From: an uncultured Bacilli bacterium
Lineage (GTDB): Bacteria; Bacillota_I; Bacilli_A; RF39; UBA660
Assembly: GCA_934167665.1 (NCBI GenBank)
Contig: CAKPLN010000003.1
Span: 65,137-129,136, forward strand
Direction: 5' to 3'
DNA: 64,000 nucleotides
A program made the translations under genes and the position numbers. Shown in pieces: positions 10,334-18,596 of the stretch. Each line of letters opens with the position of its first letter. The first letter of the stretch is position 1. Under the pieces are notes generated by a model. It saw nothing but the letters and a program-made list of their open reading frames with translations, was not told where the DNA came from and did no database searches.

Positions 10334-10585
10334 TTACTCACCATCATTAATATCTATATTTCTAACTTCTTTAACTTCTGGAATTTCATTGATAATTAAT
10401 TCCTCAATTCCATCTTTTAAAGTTACATCAAGCATGGGGCAATCTTCACAAGCTCCTAATAATTTAACATAAACGATGCCATCTTCAAATTTAACAAATT
10501 CCAAATTACCACCATCATTTAATAAGAATGGTCGCACCTTATCAATAATTGCTCTTATACGTAATTCAATACTTTCGTCTTTCAT
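10334..10585 (-). CDS. nifU: NifU-like Fe-S cluster protein (YutI-like)
   Basis: Fe-S scaffold motifs ...GGNLEF...GACEDCP.... Start taken at MKDES (GGTGAT RBS); the longer track ORF starts at a poor site. Confidence 0.7.
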   Translation of the reverse strand: MKDESIELRIRAIIDKVRPFLLNDGGNLEFVKFEDGIVYVKLLGACEDCPMLDVTLKDGIEELIINEIPEVKEVRNIDINDGE

Positions 10586-10687
10586 AATAATCACCATCAA
10601 CATTATACATTGAAAATATAGGTGTGTAAAGAAAGTTTCTTGTTATCTTAAGGTAAAAATGTTATAATTAACGTGAAGGTGCATTGG

Positions 10688-11056
10688 ATGAAAAAATATA
10701 AGTACGGCGAAATTGTTACTGGATGCGTAACCGGAATAGAAAAGTATGGTGTTTTTGTAAGCCTTGATGAATATTATAGTGGCCTAATACATATTTCAGA
10801 AATATCAGAAAATTTTGTAAGAAACGTCAATGATTATGTAAAAATAGGTGAAACAATAAAAGCAAAAGTCATTGATGAAAATGAAGATGAGCATCATGTA
10901 AAACTAAGTATTAAAAATATTGATTACCGAATTACTAAACGAAAAGCTACTAAAATAGTTGAAACTCCTAATGGTTTTTCCACTTTACAGTCACAGTTAG
11001 GTAAATGGGTAACAGCTAAAATTCAGGAATCAGAGGCTAGCAAAGTAAAAAAATAA
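10688..11056 (+). CDS. S1 RNA-binding domain protein (YugI/GSP13-like)
   Basis: S1 fold (GEIVTGCVTGIEKYGVFVSL...GLIHISEIS). GAAGGTG RBS in front of MKKYKYG. Confidence 0.65.
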   Translation: MKKYKYGEIVTGCVTGIEKYGVFVSLDEYYSGLIHISEISENFVRNVNDYVKIGETIKAKVIDENEDEHHVKLSIKNIDYRITKRKATKIVETPNGFSTLQSQLGKWVTAKIQESEASKVKK

Positions 11057-11074
11057 AAAAATTATCAAAATTTA

Positions 11075-11103
11075 TTGACAAAATAAATAGAAGTTGGTAT
11101 AGT
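11075..11103 (+). promoter_or_regulatory. sigmaA-type promoter for tRNA unit 1
   Basis: TTGACA (11075-11080), 17-bp spacer, TATAGT (11098-11103). Confidence 0.55.
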
Positions 11104-11127
11104 TAATACTGTCAACTGATTTGTTTC

Positions 11128-11204
11128 GGGCGATTAGCTCAGTTGGTTAGAGCACCTGCCTTACAAGCAGGGGGTCACAGGTTCGAGTCCTGTATCGCCC
11201 ACCA
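11128..11204 (+). tRNA. tRNA-Val (anticodon TAC)
   Basis: Cloverleaf folded by hand: loop CTTACAA, T-arm GGTTCGAGTCC, CCA encoded. Confidence 0.85.
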
Positions 11205-11208
11205 TTAT

Positions 11209-11284
<76 letters not shown>

Positions 11285-11292
11285 TTTTTTTG

Positions 11293-11376
11293 GAGAGGTA
11301 GCGAAGAGGCTAAACGCGACAGACTGTAAATCTGTTCTCATTGAGTTCGATGGTTCGAATCCATCTCTCTCCACCA
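11293..11376 (+). tRNA. tRNA-Tyr (GTA)
   Basis: Loop CTGTAAA, long variable arm, CCA encoded. Confidence 0.8.
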
Positions 11377-11385
11377 CTTTAGTAT

Positions 11386-11460
11386 TGCCTCGTAGCCAAG
11401 TGGTAAGGCATCAGACTTTGACTCTGACATGCGTTAGTTCGAATCTAACCGAGGCAGCCA
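11386..11460 (+). tRNA. tRNA-Gln (TTG)
   Basis: U1-A71 pair, loop CTTTGAC, CCA encoded. Confidence 0.8.
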
Positions 11461-11474
11461 TTTTTTAAATATTT

Positions 11475-11550
11475 GATCTGTTAGCTCAGTCGGTAGAGCA
11501 TTTGACTTTTAATCAAAGGGTCATGAGTTCGAATCTCATACAGGTCACCA
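11475..11550 (+). tRNA. tRNA-Lys (TTT)
   Basis: Loop CTTTTAA, CCA encoded. Confidence 0.85.
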
Positions 11551-11551
11551 T

Positions 11552-11640
11552 GCCTGAGTGGCGGAATAGGTAGACGCACAGGACTTAAAATCCTGCGAGA
11601 TTCAACCCTCGTGCCGGTTCAAGTCCGGCCTTAGGCACCA
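11552..11640 (+). tRNA. tRNA-Leu (TAA)
   Basis: Loop CTTAAAA, long variable arm, CCA encoded. Confidence 0.8.
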
Positions 11641-11653
11641 ATTAAAATATTAA

Positions 11654-11680
11654 AGCTCAAATTTAAGGTTTGAGCTTTTA
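11654..11680 (+). terminator. rho-independent terminator of tRNA unit 1
   Basis: AGCTCAAA/TTTGAGCT 8-bp stem followed by a T-run. Confidence 0.6.
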
Positions 11681-11753
11681 TATTAAAGTTTTATGGTTTT
11701 ACACATATAATTAAATAGACACCTTAAGTTTTACAATTAATTTAATAAAAATG

Positions 11754-11783
11754 TTGACATCCGTAAAATTACTATGTTATAAT
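11754..11783 (+). promoter_or_regulatory. consensus sigmaA promoter for tRNA unit 2
   Basis: TTGACA (11754-11759), TGn-TATAAT (11778-11783), 18-bp spacer. Confidence 0.6.
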
Positions 11784-11813
11784 CAATTTGTCGTCTGAAA
11801 AGAATGACGTTAT

Positions 11814-11906
11814 GGAGGAATACCCAAGTCTGGTTGAAGGGACCGGTCTTGAAAACCGGGAGGTCGTGCAAGCGGCGCAGGGGTTCGAATCCCTTTTCCT
11901 CCGCCA
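11814..11906 (+). tRNA. tRNA-Ser (TGA)
   Basis: Loop CTTGAAA, long variable arm, CCA encoded. Confidence 0.8.
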
Positions 11907-11913
11907 TTTAAAT

Positions 11914-11990
<77 letters not shown>

Positions 11991-11996
11991 ATATTT

Positions 11997-12073
11997 GGTC
12001 TCATGGTGCAGCTGGTTAACACGTCTGCCTGTCACGCAGAAGATCGCGGGTTCGAGCCCCGTTGAGACCGCCA
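11997..12073 (+). tRNA. tRNA-Asp (GTC)
   Basis: Loop CTGTCAC, CCA encoded. Confidence 0.85.
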
Positions 12074-12078
12074 TATTT

Positions 12079-12154
12079 GGCTTCATAGCTCAGTCGGTAG
12101 AGCAAGGGACTGAAAATCCCTGTGTCGCTGGTTCGATTCCCGCTGGAGCCACCA
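12079..12154 (+). tRNA. tRNA-Phe (GAA)
   Basis: Loop CTGAAAA, CCA encoded. Confidence 0.85.
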
Positions 12155-12208
12155 TTTTTATAAATAATGTTAAGACAACTAATGTGCTGTAGCTAAACAA
12201 CATGTCTT

Positions 12209-12285
12209 GCGCTCGTAGCTCAGTTGGATAGAGTGTTTGGCTACGAACCAAAAGGTCAGGGGTTCGAATCCCTTCGGGCGCACCA
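12209..12285 (+). tRNA. tRNA-Arg (ACG)
   Basis: Loop CTACGAA, CCA encoded. Confidence 0.85.
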
Positions 12286-12290
12286 GTTAT

Positions 12291-12367
12291 CGGGAAGTGG
12301 CTCAACTTGGTAGAGCACTTGGTTTGGGACCAAGGGGTTGCAGGTTCAAATCCTGTCTTCCCGACCA
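12291..12367 (+). tRNA. tRNA-Pro (TGG); its 3' end is the prophage attachment core
   Basis: Loop TTTGGGA. The 3' 18 nt are repeated at 49008-49025. Confidence 0.85.
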
Positions 12368-12400
12368 TAAGTAATTTAACGTTGAGAAATCAACGTTTTT
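12351..12400 (+). repeat. attL: tRNA-Pro 3' end plus phage-supplied terminator hairpin; direct repeat of 49008..49057
   Basis: 18/18 identical core TCCTGTCTTCCCGACCAT, then about 84% identity over 50 bp including the AACGTTGA-n4-TCAACGTT hairpin and T-run. Confidence 0.75.
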
Positions 12401-12453
12401 ATTATGTCTTTATTAAAGTTACCTAATAATTACCTAATATTTTTTACCTTTCT

Positions 12454-13701
12454 TTATAAATTATCTGCAAAAACTAGATTGTCTAAAATATCGACAATCT
12501 CATCTTGTACAGTTGGAAATAAGTGTAAATATGTTTCTATCATGACTTGGATGGTATGACCTAATCTATCCGAAGCCATTGTGAAGAATTTTACAGTATC
12601 AATTTTTATATTTAATTTGTGACATTGCTTGATATATTCATTAATCAATAATGAAACGTGACTATGTCTAAATTCGTGCATGGTTATTCTATGTACACCA
12701 CTTAGTTTGAAGTAGTAGTCTTTATGCCTATTTATAGTAGTTTTAGGTAGGAATCTGGTATTGCCAAATACAAACCATGACTCTTTAAAATCGGTATATT
12801 TTTTTACTTCATTTTTATATATGAGTAAGGATTCAACTAAGAACTTACTCATTTTAATTTTTCTGTTTTGGTTATTTTTTGTGGAAGTTATATCAACTTT
12901 ACCAGCTGTCTCTTCATAAAGTGTTTTATTAATTGATATTTCATTTGTATTAAAGTTAATATCTTCCCATGTAATTGCTTGAATTTCACCACGTCTGCAA
13001 CCAGTGTAATATGCAAATATAAAAAATGTTCTATCTCGCAAGTCATTAATTACAGATAAGAATTTATTAAATTCATCAAAAGTAATATATCTGATTTTAT
13101 CTTCGTCTCTAACGATAGCATCTTGTTTTTGCTGGAAACATCCAAAAGCTCTTGCTGGATTATTATTTAAGTCATATTGTCTTATAGCATAATCAAAAAT
13201 TTTACAAAGAATATTATATATTTTGTTTTTATATGCTATTGAAAGGTGCTTTTTATCCATTTCCTCAGCCCATAAACGAATTACTTGAATATTTATATCA
13301 TCCACGAAATAATCTTGAAAATAGGACATAATATGATTCTTAGAATCCTTTATATATGAATTCACTGTAGAAGATTTTCTAATAGTAGATAAATATTCAA
13401 AATAGGATTTAGTAAGTGTAATAAATTTAATTCTGGCTGGATGTTCTCTTTTGCTTAAAAATACTAATTCAGCCTCTTCCGCCTCCTTTTTTGTAAAATA
13501 CATTTTTGACACTTTTTGTTTTCTTTCTCCATAAATATTTTTATAATAACAGACAAAATACCAATGTCGCCCATCCTTGGTCCATTTTGTCTTATTTTTT
13601 TCATTATATACTGCCATAAAAACATCACTCCAATCTTTACATATTTCTATAAATTTGTTAAAATTAGAGTACAGAAAAAGAGAAAAGTCTTGGTAGGACA
13701 T
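12454..13701 (-). CDS. int: tyrosine recombinase/phage integrase
   Basis: 415 aa with C-terminal catalytic residues (R...HEFRHS...Y) and a SAM-like N-terminal domain. Sits adjacent to attL. Confidence 0.85.
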   Translation of the reverse strand: MSYQDFSLFLYSNFNKFIEICKDWSDVFMAVYNEKNKTKWTKDGRHWYFVCYYKNIYGERKQKVSKMYFTKKEAEEAELVFLSKREHPARIKFITLTKSYFEYLSTIRKSSTVNSYIKDSKNHIMSYFQDYFVDDINIQVIRLWAEEMDKKHLSIAYKNKIYNILCKIFDYAIRQYDLNNNPARAFGCFQQKQDAIVRDEDKIRYITFDEFNKFLSVINDLRDRTFFIFAYYTGCRRGEIQAITWEDINFNTNEISINKTLYEETAGKVDITSTKNNQNRKIKMSKFLVESLLIYKNEVKKYTDFKESWFVFGNTRFLPKTTINRHKDYYFKLSGVHRITMHEFRHSHVSLLINEYIKQCHKLNIKIDTVKFFTMASDRLGHTIQVMIETYLHLFPTVQDEIVDILDNLVFADNL

Positions 13702-13767
13702 TTTTTTAATTTCTGTACCTAATTTATTTAGGTTTTTGACTTACTGTTCCAGCAGTAGGTCTTTTTT

Positions 13768-14025
13768 TTACGAAAATGCAATCATAAATAATATTAAAAT
13801 AATTAATATTATAGATAAAAATGCAGCAATTTTTAATAGACTTTTACTTGACTTTTTGTGACTGTCTATTGTAGATTGATCTTCGAATACTTTCCCACAA
13901 TCTTTACAAATCCAACGATGTCCTATTATCTGCCCGTGAGTCATATATAATTCTTTGTTTTCACTTCCACATGTAGGACATACAATTTTGTTTTCACTAC
14001 TCATTCTTTTGGTTCCTTTCCACAT
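13768..14025 (-). CDS. zinc-ribbon protein with C-terminal TM anchor (unknown function; possible exclusion/immunity accessory)
   Basis: Two CxxC pairs (CPTCG, CKDCG) and a hydrophobic tail. Last gene of the repressor operon. Confidence 0.4.
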   Translation of the reverse strand: MWKGTKRMSSENKIVCPTCGSENKELYMTHGQIIGHRWICKDCGKVFEDQSTIDSHKKSSKSLLKIAAFLSIILIILILFMIAFS

Positions 14026-14054
14026 TTATTTTAAAATACCTGTACTAGCATATT

Positions 14055-14366
14055 TTAATCTATTATTTCTAATAATGACTTAATATATAAATCAGCATCA
14101 TCCTCACATTTATCAATTTTAAATGCAGTAAGTGGATCCGTTTGATTCAAATGATTAAGTTCAATATGAGCCAATTCATGAAGAATTGTCTTTTTCTTTT
14201 TATAATAAGACAAATTGCTATCAATAATTATTACATTGATACCTCGATAGTTAAATACACAGCCATTAACTTTTTCTGGTAAATTATCATACACAATAGT
14301 AGCATTGTAATAATTTAATAGTTCATCTTGAGTTATTTGTTTACTTAATAAATTATATAAATTCAT
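14055..14366 (-). CDS. immA: ImmA/IrrE family metallopeptidase (anti-repressor protease)
   Basis: HELAHIELNH HExxH motif. GAGGGG RBS in front of MNLYNLL. Downstream of an XRE repressor, as in ImmR-ImmA modules. Confidence 0.65.
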   Translation of the reverse strand: MNLYNLLSKQITQDELLNYYNATIVYDNLPEKVNGCVFNYRGINVIIIDSNLSYYKKKKTILHELAHIELNHLNQTDPLTAFKIDKCEDDADLYIKSLLEIID

Positions 14367-14404
14367 ATTATACCCCTCATTAAGTACCTGTACTAGCATA
14401 CTTA

Positions 14405-14827
14405 TTATTCACCATCTAATTGCCTATCAATTTCACGAATTCGTTTATTAATTATAAACTCCATATGTTCTTTATCATCATCGGTTAAAATACCTTTATT
14501 TTGATTATATAGCAAATCAAATCTATCAAGTTTTGAGTTGTATTCATCTACTTTATTAAAATTGACGTTTGTCTCATCGCTAATATCTAATCCATCTATT
14601 TTACATTGGTTGGGGTTAAGCAAATCATCGTAAGCTAAATAATCCATTGTGCATTTCATAAAAGTAGAAAGCTTTTTTATTGTTGAAAATCGGGAATTAT
14701 CTGCACTCTCTTTTTCATAAAAATCTCTAAGCGTTGTATATGGAATATCTGATAGTATAGCTAACTGCTTCAAGTTCTTGATATTATTATCTTTCATAAA
14801 ACTATCAACTTTTTCATTAAATGTCAT
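14405..14827 (-). CDS. XRE-family HTH repressor (CI/ImmR-like)
   Basis: N-terminal HTH (NLKQLAILSDIPYTTLRDF) and C-terminal oligomerisation domain. AAAGGAG RBS in front of MTFNEK. Confidence 0.7.
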   Translation of the reverse strand: MTFNEKVDSFMKDNNIKNLKQLAILSDIPYTTLRDFYEKESADNSRFSTIKKLSTFMKCTMDYLAYDDLLNPNQCKIDGLDISDETNVNFNKVDEYNSKLDRFDLLYNQNKGILTDDDKEHMEFIINKRIREIDRQLDGE

Positions 14828-14851
14828 ATTCAAAACTCCTTTCTTGTAATC

Positions 14852-14990
14852 ATTATAATCTCCAAAAATGTAAATGTAAATACGAAAAAACGAAAATTCG
14901 TATTTTTTTATCGAAATTGTATTGACAAAAAACGAAGTTCCGTATTATACTCGATTTATCAATACGGAAGTCCGTATTAGAAAGGAGGCA
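14852..14990. promoter_or_regulatory. lysis-lysogeny switch: divergent promoters with three TACGRA-half-site operators
   Basis: Leftward promoter: -10 TATAAT (complement of 14852-57) and -35 TTTACA (complement of 14875-80). Rightward promoter: TTGACA 14922-27 and TATACT 14946-51. Operator-like inverted repeats: ACGAAaaTTCGT at 14890-14901, ACGAAGTTCCGT at 14932-43, and TACGGAagTCCGTA at 14963-76. Confidence 0.55.
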
Positions 14991-14994
14991 TCAC

Positions 14995-15225
14995 ATGTAT
15001 CCGAACTTAGATGCAGAAATGAGTAGAAAAAAAATAACTCAGTTTGATCTAATTGGACTATTGGATAAAAACAGTTCAACAATTAGTCTAAAAATTACTG
15101 GCAAAAGAGATTGGAAATTACCTGAATGTAAAAAAATTCGAAAATCATTTTTTCCAGAGTTGAGTTTAGATTATTTATTTAAGACGAAAGAAGAAATAGA
15201 ACAGGAGTCAAAATATGAAGATTAA
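14995..15225 (+). CDS. Cro-like small HTH regulator
   Basis: 76 aa with an HTH-like segment. AAAGGAGG RBS. First gene of the rightward operon. Confidence 0.45.
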   Translation: MYPNLDAEMSRKKITQFDLIGLLDKNSSTISLKITGKRDWKLPECKKIRKSFFPELSLDYLFKTKEEIEQESKYED

Positions 15226-15439
15226 AGAAAGTCCTACCAAGACAAAAGAAGAAATACTAAATCAATTATACGTATCAGCTTATGATTTACAAAAACTTAT
15301 TCCAGAAATAACGTATGTAAGAGCACTAGAGTACATTAAATTAGCTCGGAATGAAATGAAAGAAAAGAATTTATTAGTACCAGAGGGTCAAACAAAACTA
15401 GCATTAACAAAAATTATTCGAAAAAAATTTGGATTTTGA
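15215..15439 (+). CDS. hypothetical small basic protein (possible DNA-binding/excisionase-like)
   Basis: 74 aa, basic C-terminus. Confidence 0.3.
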   Translation: MKIKESPTKTKEEILNQLYVSAYDLQKLIPEITYVRALEYIKLARNEMKEKNLLVPEGQTKLALTKIIRKKFGF

Positions 15440-15654
15440 GAGGAGGTGTAAAAATGAAAAAAATAAAATGGAAGAACTTATTTAAACTAGTGATTTTGTT
15501 AATCTGTATTAGCACTATTATACATGATTTATATACTTTAACAGTTTACAGCTGGATAAATAACATAACTGCCAGCTGGACATCGTTCGGACTATTAACG
15601 TTCGTATTAAGCGGCTTATTAAGTGAATATTTGATCGAAGATTTATTTAACTAA
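15436..15654 (+). CDS. small membrane protein
   Basis: GAGGAGG RBS, two TM helices. Confidence 0.35.
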   Translation: MRGGVKMKKIKWKNLFKLVILLICISTIIHDLYTLTVYSWINNITASWTSFGLLTFVLSGLLSEYLIEDLFN

Positions 15655-15775
15655 AGGAGGCAAAATGAAAAAAAGGCAAAAAGAAAAGGACTCAATAACC
15701 ACAAAAAGTCCCTTGCTTAAAACAAGCACTTTTAAAATACTACAAATTTTTAATTTTGTCAAATTGAGGTGCTAA

Positions 15776-16480
15776 ATGAATGGAAAATGGATAAAAATAT
15801 TTACAAAATTTTTAAATTGGGAATGGTATAAGGACCAAAATACAAAGGCACTTTTTATTCATTGTTTATTAAAAGCAAATTGGAAGGATGGAAAATTTGA
15901 GGGGCATGACATACCCAGAGGGAGCTTTGTGACAGGAAGAAAAAAGTTGGCTCAAGAATTAGGTTTATCAGAACAAGAGATAAGAACAGCACTAAAACAC
16001 TTAATTTCAACCAAGGAATTAACCATCAAAAAAACCAATAAATTCTCAATAATATCAATAGTAAAATTCGAAATATATCAGCAAGTTAACCAACAAATTA
16101 ACCAACAACTAACCAACAATCAACCAACAACTAACCAACAACTAACCACAATAGAAGAATATATAGAATATAAGACTAATAATAGTGTGTGTAATAATAT
16201 GCGCACGTGCGATGAAAATTTTGAATGTCATTTGGGCAGTCTCTATAAAACAATCAACTGTAAAAATTGTATGAAAAAATGGAAATGCCCTTTACCAGAA
16301 GAGCCTACGTTTGAAAGTTTGTATGGCAAGAGCTTTTACAAGTATGTCGCCGAAATTGAACTTAGAAAATTGGAAGTTGCTAAAGAATTGAACATGCGAA
16401 AAGAAAACAATGTTTTGAATTTGGAAGTTTTGGATTTATTTGATGATGAAGAAGGCTTAACAAATGAGAAATGCCGATAA
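15776..16480 (+). CDS. phage replisome organizer / replication initiator N-terminal domain protein
   Basis: MNGKWIKIFTKFLNWEW...LAQELGLSEQEIRTALKHLI matches the phage replisome-organiser N-terminal pattern. An internal Q/N/T-rich repeat is encoded by iteron-like DNA repeats. Confidence 0.5.
   Translation: MNGKWIKIFTKFLNWEWYKDQNTKALFIHCLLKANWKDGKFEGHDIPRGSFVTGRKKLAQELGLSEQEIRTALKHLISTKELTIKKTNKFSIISIVKFEIYQQVNQQINQQLTNNQPTTNQQLTTIEEYIEYKTNNSVCNNMRTCDENFECHLGSLYKTINCKNCMKKWKCPLPEEPTFESLYGKSFYKYVAEIELRKLEVAKELNMRKENNVLNLEVLDLFDDEEGLTNEKCR
16081..16152 (+). repeat. iteron-like 9-12-bp tandem repeats (AACCAACAAnTA)n inside the replication gene; putative phage origin
   Basis: AACCAACAAATTAACCAACAACTAACCAACAATCAACCAACAACTAACCAACAACTAACCACA. 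Confidence 0.5.
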
Positions 16481-16643
16481 TTATAATGACACATGCAGAA
16501 AATGTGTATGCGGCGCAAAGAGAAGTTTTTTATACTGCAAAGGAGACGTATTAATTTGTCATATATGCGGTAGAGCAATTTATAGAAACGACAAAATAAA
16601 ATTCAAAAAAGAAATGGAGAAAATATGGAAACGAAAGATTTAG
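16464..16643 (+). CDS. small zinc-ribbon protein (59 aa; below the ORF-track cutoff)
   Basis: ATG at 16464 and TAG at 16641-16643. CxxC...CxxC (CRKCVCG...CHICG). Overlaps both neighbours, typical of phage coupling. Confidence 0.3.
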   Translation: MRNADNYNDTCRKCVCGAKRSFLYCKGDVLICHICGRAIYRNDKIKFKKEMEKIWKRKI

Positions 16644-16843
16644 ATAGTTATTATCCAGGATATGATGACTACTGTGAAAGAAATTCTACAGTACCATTTG
16701 ATGAATTTATGAAAACAGAAGAGCAAAAGGAAATGTTTAAAGCAAAACTTCAAGAAATATCTGAACTAATAGAGGATGATCAATATTCTTCGGAAGAAAA
16801 GATTAAATACATTAAAGCAATCATTGATGAGGTAAAACTATGA
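16625..16843 (+). CDS. hypothetical acidic protein
   Basis: ORF in the phage early region. Confidence 0.3.
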   Translation: METKDLDSYYPGYDDYCERNSTVPFDEFMKTEEQKEMFKAKLQEISELIEDDQYSSEEKIKYIKAIIDEVKL

Positions 16844-16999
16844 TTGAAATATTTTTAAATTTATTTAAAACATACAGAGATTTAAAATCAGAAAATTCAA
16901 TGCTTGAGAAAAGACTTAACAGAAAAACTGTTGAGTGCAATATAAAAGACAAAAAAATTAAAGAACTAAAAGAAAAAATAGAAAAGTTGGAGGAAAAAC

Positions 17000-17893
17000 A
17001 TGGAAGAAGTTAAAGAAGCAGAAATTTTTGAAGAAAAAGCATTAACGAAACCAGAATTTAAAGAAGAAATTAATGCCGAAATAATAGGAACAGCAAAAAT
17101 TGAAGACAATATCAAAAAAGTAAAAGAATATGCAATCAAAGTGAAAGAATATTATACAGGCATGGTTTTTACTGCTGCAACAAAAGAGGATGCAGAAAAG
17201 GAAAAGGCCGATATAAACAAATTTAAAAAACAAATTGAAGATTTTAGAAAACAAATTGTTGCTAAATATAACGAGCCAATAAAATTGTTTGAAGACACTG
17301 CTAAAGAAACAGAAAAACTGTTGAAAGAAACTTACGATTTGATCAACGTTCAAGTAAAAGCATTTGATGATGAACAATTGGAAAAAGTAAGAGAAAAAGT
17401 TGAATCATATTTCAACGAATATGCACAAAGCAAGGGTATTGACTTTGTTAATTTCAGTCAGATGAACATATCGGTAACAAAAGGCCTATTGACATCTACT
17501 GGAAATTTAACAAAGAAAATACAAGATCAAATGAATGAATTCATTGATAGATGTGCAAAAGATGTGGATTTGATTAACACATTGGAACACAAAGAGGAGA
17601 TTCTGATCGAATACAAAAAGACTCTTAAGTCTGCTGAATCAATAGCAATGGTAATGGACAGATATAAGCAATTGGAAGACATGAAAAAAGAAAAGGAGTC
17701 AACAAAAGAACAAGTAATCAACGATGAAGAAATGTTAAAGAGAATCAATATTCTATCTGCTCCAAAAGTAGAAGAAAAAGCCAATAGAAATCAGGAAGAA
17801 ATTTTAGAATTAACATTTAAAGTTAGAGGAACAAGAGCAAAATTAAAAGCGCTAAAAGAATTTTTAAATAATGGAGGATATGATTATGAATAA
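17000..17893 (+). CDS. DUF1351-like phage protein (RecT-associated)
   Basis: About 300 aa, K/E-rich, immediately upstream of recT as in many Firmicutes phages. Confidence 0.45.
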   Translation: MEEVKEAEIFEEKALTKPEFKEEINAEIIGTAKIEDNIKKVKEYAIKVKEYYTGMVFTAATKEDAEKEKADINKFKKQIEDFRKQIVAKYNEPIKLFEDTAKETEKLLKETYDLINVQVKAFDDEQLEKVREKVESYFNEYAQSKGIDFVNFSQMNISVTKGLLTSTGNLTKKIQDQMNEFIDRCAKDVDLINTLEHKEEILIEYKKTLKSAESIAMVMDRYKQLEDMKKEKESTKEQVINDEEMLKRINILSAPKVEEKANRNQEEILELTFKVRGTRAKLKALKEFLNNGGYDYE

Positions 17894-18596
17894 TAAACAA
17901 GAATTGCAAAACAATTTAGCAGTTGTATACGAGGTTGATGGGCAACAAATTAAATTAACACCCAAAATAGTACAAGATTACATAGTGGGTACTAGTGCAC
18001 AAATTACAATGCCAGAATTTAAAATGTTTACTGAATTGTGCAAGGTTAGAGGCCTAAATCCATTTTTACGAGAAGCATACTGTATTAAATATTCAAATAA
18101 GACACCAGCAACAATAGTTGTAGGGAAAGATGCAATTTTAAAAAGAGCAGTATTAAATCCTAAATACAATGGTATGAAATCCGGAATTATTGTAACCAAT
18201 GAAAATGGTGAAGAAAAGAAAAGAACAGGTACATTTAAACTTCCTAATGAAACTCTTGTAGGTGGTTGGGCTGAAGTTTTTAGAAAAGATTGGGAAAATT
18301 CGATTGAAGCCAGTGTTTCATTAGAAGAAGCTATCCAGAGAAAAAGTGATGGAGAGCCAAATTCTAATTGGACTAAACAACCTGCCACAATGATTGAAAA
18401 AGTAGCAAAGGTTAGAGCCCTAAGAGAGGCTTTTGTTGAGGATTTAGGTGGAATGTATGAGGCTGAGGAAATGAATGTAGATTTGCCTGAACTAAAGGAA
18501 GAAGACAGAATAATTGTACAAGATGAAGAAGATAATTTGGAAACAGAACCAACAGAAAATTCTGATATAAAACAGGTCAACATAAATGAATTATAA
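17871..18596 (+). CDS. recT: RecT family single-strand annealing recombinase
   Basis: IVGKDAILKRA, KVAKVRALREAF and other RecT signatures. Confidence 0.8.
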   Translation: MEDMIMNNKQELQNNLAVVYEVDGQQIKLTPKIVQDYIVGTSAQITMPEFKMFTELCKVRGLNPFLREAYCIKYSNKTPATIVVGKDAILKRAVLNPKYNGMKSGIIVTNENGEEKKRTGTFKLPNETLVGGWAEVFRKDWENSIEASVSLEEAIQRKSDGEPNSNWTKQPATMIEKVAKVRALREAFVEDLGGMYEAEEMNVDLPELKEEDRIIVQDEEDNLETEPTENSDIKQVNINEL

